Made by a program: the position numbers and the translations under genes. The notes below the pieces were generated by a model. It was not told where the DNA came from. It saw only the letters and a program-made list of their open reading frames with translations, and ran no database searches. DNA of 32,000 nt, from positions 96,692-128,691 of the forward strand of contig NZ_CBDBYJ010000002.1 of assembly GCF_965212735.1 (NCBI RefSeq), read 5' to 3'. Of the stretch, positions 30,980 to 32,000 are shown in pieces; the stretch's first letter is position 1; each line of letters starts with the position of its first letter. The stretch is from Mycoplasma todarodis. GTDB taxonomy: Bacteria > Bacillota_I > Bacilli_A > Mycoplasmatales > Metamycoplasmataceae.

Positions 30980-31201
30980 GGGTAAATTGTTGTCTAATAA
31001 GGGTGGATTTTAAGGTGGAAAAAATGCAAAAACCCTAAAAAATCTTGTTTTTTTAATTAAATCTTAAAAAGTGTATTTTAGGCCTTAAAATTATTATTTT
31101 TTTAACTTTTTAATTAAAATATTTTAAATTATAATTTTGTAAAATTTATTCCTATATAATATTATTGCTCGGTATTAAACCGGAAATGAAGGAGAATAAT
31201 T

Positions 31202-31819
31202 ATGAAAAACGAACCCGCATTATGAGTACAAGAAAATGCAGAAAACATTGAATTAATCGATGTTAGAACACCTGCTGAGTTTGCAATGGCTCATGTTAAA
31301 GGAGCTATAAATATCCAAAAAGATGAGCTAATTGCTAATCACGCCAAATATCTAGAAAAAGATAAAGCATATTACATCATGTGTGGTTCAGGTGGTAGAT
31401 CACAATTTACTATTACAAGCCTTTTCTCACAAGGGTACAACATGACAAATGTTGCAGAAGGAATTAGTGGAATGGATCCAGCAAAATTAATAATGGAAGC
31501 AAAACCTGAAACTAAACAAGATGGTAGATTAATTCTAGATCACTTAAAAAATACAAAAATGAATTTTGTAATTATCTTCGCTGAAAATTGTGGAACATGC
31601 GACATGCTAAAACCAATTTTAGAATCACTTGATGAAAGATATAAAGATGTATCAACAACAGCCTTAAAAATCACTGATTACCAAGAAATCGCTGAACAAG
31701 AAAATGTTGTTGGAACACCAACTACATATGCTTTTATAGAAGGTAAAGAAGTATTTAATTTTAAAGGTTACCTTCCTGAAACAGAGATTCTTAAAAAGAT
31801 ACAAGAACATAATCAATAA
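31202..31819 (+). CDS. Rhodanese domain / thioredoxin-like domain fusion protein
   Basis: SD GAAGGAGaataattATG. The N-terminal half LIDVRTPAEFAMAHVKGAINI...YIMCGSGGRSQ is a rhodanese fold with a catalytic Cys loop. The C-terminal half NFVIIFAENCGTCDMLKPIL...VVGTPTTYAF is a thioredoxin fold with a CxxC motif and cis-Pro. 205 aa, one in-frame TGA. Confidence 0.8.
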
Positions 31820-31825
31820 TAAAAT

Positions 31826-31846
31826 GCGAGTTAATCGCTTTTTTTA
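31826..31846 (+). terminator. Rho-independent terminator
   Basis: gcga gttaa tcgc hairpin followed by a T-run. The stem is short. Confidence 0.5.
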
Positions 31847-31877
31847 TTCACGTAGTGGTTTATATTATGTATTTTCT

Positions 31878-31947
31878 TGTTATAATACTTTACGAGTAAG
31901 TAATTACTCCTTGGCAGTAATGCCCAGAGACCAAAAGGAGGCCCAAT
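31878..31947 (+). promoter_or_regulatory. rpsF promoter and structured leader (candidate S6:S18 autoregulatory element)
   Basis: Extended -10 TGtTATAAT (31878-31886). Hairpin GAGTAA-GTAA-TTACTC at 31894-31909 and hairpin GGCA-GTAA-TGCC at 31913-31924. CTCCTT (31907-31912) is a perfect complement of the SD AAGGAG (31935-31940). Confidence 0.5.
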
Positions 31948-32000
31948 ATGGCTAAATATGAAATTATGCTAGTTCTGGACCCTAAAGCTGACTCAGCAAT
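31948..32000 (+). CDS. rpsF: 30S ribosomal protein S6, 3' end outside window
   Basis: MAKYEIMLVLDPKADSA.. is a typical S6 N-terminus, preceded by SD AAAAGGAGG. Confidence 0.85.
   Translation, partial: MAKYEIMLVLDPKADSA

Overview
Strongly AT-rich chromosomal segment of a Mollicute (Mycoplasma-type) genome that must be read with genetic code 4 (UGA = Trp). Most fragments in the supplied ORF track join in frame across TGA into ordinary full-length genes. By my hand count there are about 60 in-frame TGA codons, and a tRNA-Trp with anticodon UCA lies at 15310-15385.

Gene order after merging:
- 5'-partial lipoprotein
- DUF2779-like nuclease/exonuclease
- tRNA cluster Pro-Ala-Met-(Ile2/Met), plus a convergent tRNA-Ser(UGA)
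- orphan trigger-factor-type PPIase domain gene
- MarR regulator
- 535-aa membrane protein
- DegV-1
- ppa (-)
- CIRCE-hrcA followed by three tandem small 2-TM paralogs
- CIRCE-grpE-dnaK
- two unrecognisable genes
- acyl carrier protein
- tRNA-Trp(UCA)
- DegV-2 (-)
- ytpR-like tRNA-binding protein
- DUF948/YtxH membrane pair
- tyrS
- rpsD (-)
- ezrA-like gene
- thiI
- dnaE
- polA (5'-3' exonuclease only)
- coaE
- dnaB(DnaD-like)-dnaI
- gap
- engB
- rhodanese-thioredoxin fusion
- start of rpsF

Much of 16-29 kb keeps the gene order I recall from the Bacillus subtilis yt region (ytpR, tyrS-rpsD-ezrA-thiI, polA-coaE-dnaB-dnaI), so the backbone is housekeeping. No transposase, integrase, CRISPR array or rRNA was seen.

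Most interesting observations:
1. Three translationally coupled 2-TM paralogs with a SLATT/DUF4231-like layout sit inside the CIRCE/HrcA-controlled hrcA transcription unit.
2. A two-gene block between dnaK and acp contains the only in-frame TGG Trp codons in the window. It uses atypical codons and is preceded by a hairpin that sequesters the ribosome-binding site.
3. A stand-alone trigger-factor PPIase domain gene lies next to a MarR gene whose promoter carries a perfect tandem palindromic 12-mer.

All functional calls come from motif recognition by eye. No database search was run.
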